Shown here piece by piece: positions 62,001 to 64,000 of a stretch of 64,000 nt of DNA. The position numbers were made by a program, and so were the translations under genes. The number at the start of each line of letters is the position of its first letter. Position 1 is the first letter of the stretch. The stretch is from Squalus acanthias. Lineage: Eukaryota. Below the pieces are notes generated by a model that was not told the origin of the DNA, did no database searches, and was given only the letters and a program-made list of their open reading frames with translations. The stretch covers positions 248,001-312,000 of the forward strand of contig JASTWF010000180.1 in assembly GCA_030390025.1 (NCBI GenBank), given 5' to 3'.

Positions 62001-64000
62001 ATAGGTTGAGACAGGTCCTAATGTAATACAAGCAGATACACGGTCTTGTGCAGTGATGACTGAGAGAGGGAAGTGTAATATAAAGAGTGCTATAGTCCAG
62101 TGCAATAATAACTGAGAGAGGGCCTACTGTAATATAAACAGATTCCGGGTTCCGTGTAATATAAACAGATACATGGTCTAGTGTGATAATAACTGAGACA
62201 GGGTCTAGTGTAATATAAACAGAGAAAGGGTCTAGTGTAATATAAACAGAGACAGGGTCTAGTGTGATAATAACTGAGACAGGGTCCTGTGTAATACAAA
62301 CAGAGACAGGGTCTATTGTAATATAAACAGAGGCAGGGTCTAGTGTGATAATAACTGAGACAGGGTCCTGTGTAATACAAACAGAGAGAGGGTCTAGTGT
62401 ATTAATAACAGAGACAGGGGCTAGTGTAACATAATGAGTGACATGGACTAGTGAATTAAAAACTGAGTCAGGGGATGGTGTAATTTAAACAGAAACATGA
62501 TCTAGCGCAATATATGCAGGGACATAGTGTAGTGCAGTAATAAATTAGACCGGGTCTAGTGTAACATAAAACAAATCCAGAAATAATGGGGAACCACGGG
62601 TCTAGTGAGAATCAGGAACTTAAAGAAATTATTATTAGTAAATAAATAGTACTGGAGAAATTAATGGGACTAAAAGCCAACAAATCCCGTGGACCTGACG
62701 CCCGACATCCTAGGTTTTTAAAAGTGGTGCCTGCAGAGACAGTGGTTGCATTGGTTTTGATCTTCCAGAATTCCTTATATTCTAGAACGGTCCATGTGGA
62801 TTGCAAGATAGCAAATATAACCCCGTATTCAAGAAAGGAGTGAGACAGAAAACAGGGAACAATAGACCAGATAGCTTGACATCAGTAGTCAGGAAAATGA
62901 TAGAATCTATTATTAGGGACGTGGTAACATGGCACTTAGAAAATCATAATATGATTGAGCAGAGTCAACACGGATTTATGAAAGGGAAATCGGGTTTGAC
63001 AAATCTAATAGATTTGTTTGAAGTTGTAGCTAGCAGGGTAAATAAGTGGTTGTAGTGTATTTCGATTTTCAGAAGGCATTCTATACAGTGCGACACTGGA
63101 GGTTATTACCCAAAATTAGGGGTCATGGGATTGGGGGTAATATATTAGCATAAATTGAGGATTGGTTAACGGACCGAAAACAAAGTAGGAATAAACGGGT
63201 CATTTTCGGGCTGGCAGGCTGTAACTAGTGGGTTACCGCAAGGATCAGTGCTTAGGCCTCAGCTATTTACAATCCATATCAATGCCTTAGATGAGGAGAC
63301 CGAGTGTAATGTATCCAAGTTTGCTGATGATGCAAAGGTACGTAGGAGAGGAAGTTGTGAGGAGGATGCAAAGAGGCTGCAAAGGGATACAGACAGGTTA
63401 AATAATGGGCAATAGCATGGCAGATGGAATGTAAACTGGAGAAATGTGAAGTTATCCACTTTTGTAGGAAAAATAGAAAAGCAGAATATCTTTTATACAT
63501 GGAGAGATTGGGAAATGTTGGTGTTCAGAGGGATCTATCTGGCTGTCCCTGTACACGAATCACTAAAAGTTAACATGCAGGTATAGCAAGCAATTAGGAA
63601 AGCACATGGTATGTTAGCCTTTATTAAAAAGGGATTGAAGTATAAGAGTAAATAAGTCTTACTGCAATTATATAGGGCCTTGGTGAGACCACACCGGGAG
63701 TACAGTTTTGGTCTCCTTAACTACGGAAGTATATACTTGCCTTAGAGGAAGTACAACGAAGGTTCACCAGACTAATTCCTTGGATGGGGGGATTGTCCTT
63801 GAAGAAGGATTGAGAAAATTAGGCCTATATTCCCTAGAATGTAGAAGAATGAGAGGTGATCTCATTGAAGCATATAACATTCTTACAGGGCTTGACAGGG
63901 TCGATGCAGGGAGGATGTTTCCCCTGGCTGGGGAATCAAGAATCAGGGGTCACAGTCTCAGAATAAGGGGTCGGCCATTTAGGACTGAGATGAGGAGAAA
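59037..64000 (+). repeat. Segmental duplication, copy 2 (runs off the window end; includes CR1 at 62575-64000)
   Basis: Collinear with 11404-17090, lacking the MITE and a ~45-bp segment near 13170-13210. Confidence 0.95.

Overview
Vertebrate DNA, almost certainly from a shark or other elasmobranch (HE1/V-SINE, DeuSINE, abundant CR1 LINEs). The window is part of the variable-segment region of a T-cell receptor alpha/delta-type locus. I read eight Ig-superfamily V segments, each ending in a 23-bp-spacer recombination signal (RSS): seven on + and one inverted on -. Three look intact (V3 7930-8994, V4 20494-20963 minus, V5 35076-35891). V6 has an open V exon with two extra cysteines and a doubtful leader. 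V7 has an open V exon but an ATA in place of the start codon. V1, V2 and V8 are pseudogenes. No D, J or C segments were found. The V genes sit among CR1 and L2-like LINE fragments, a near full-length CR1, a Penelope-like element (RT + GIY-YIG), several Penelope-derived minimal hammerhead ribozymes, a MITE, three minisatellite families and a recent ~5 kb segmental duplication. The most striking item is a ~7.9 kb array of a 54-bp repeat whose unit reads as a perfect RSS heptamer + 12-bp spacer + partial nonamer, i.e. a large array of cryptic 12-RSS inside a 23-RSS V cluster. Most long ORFs in the supplied track over 21.7-29.6 kb and 44.8-46 kb are repeat artefacts.
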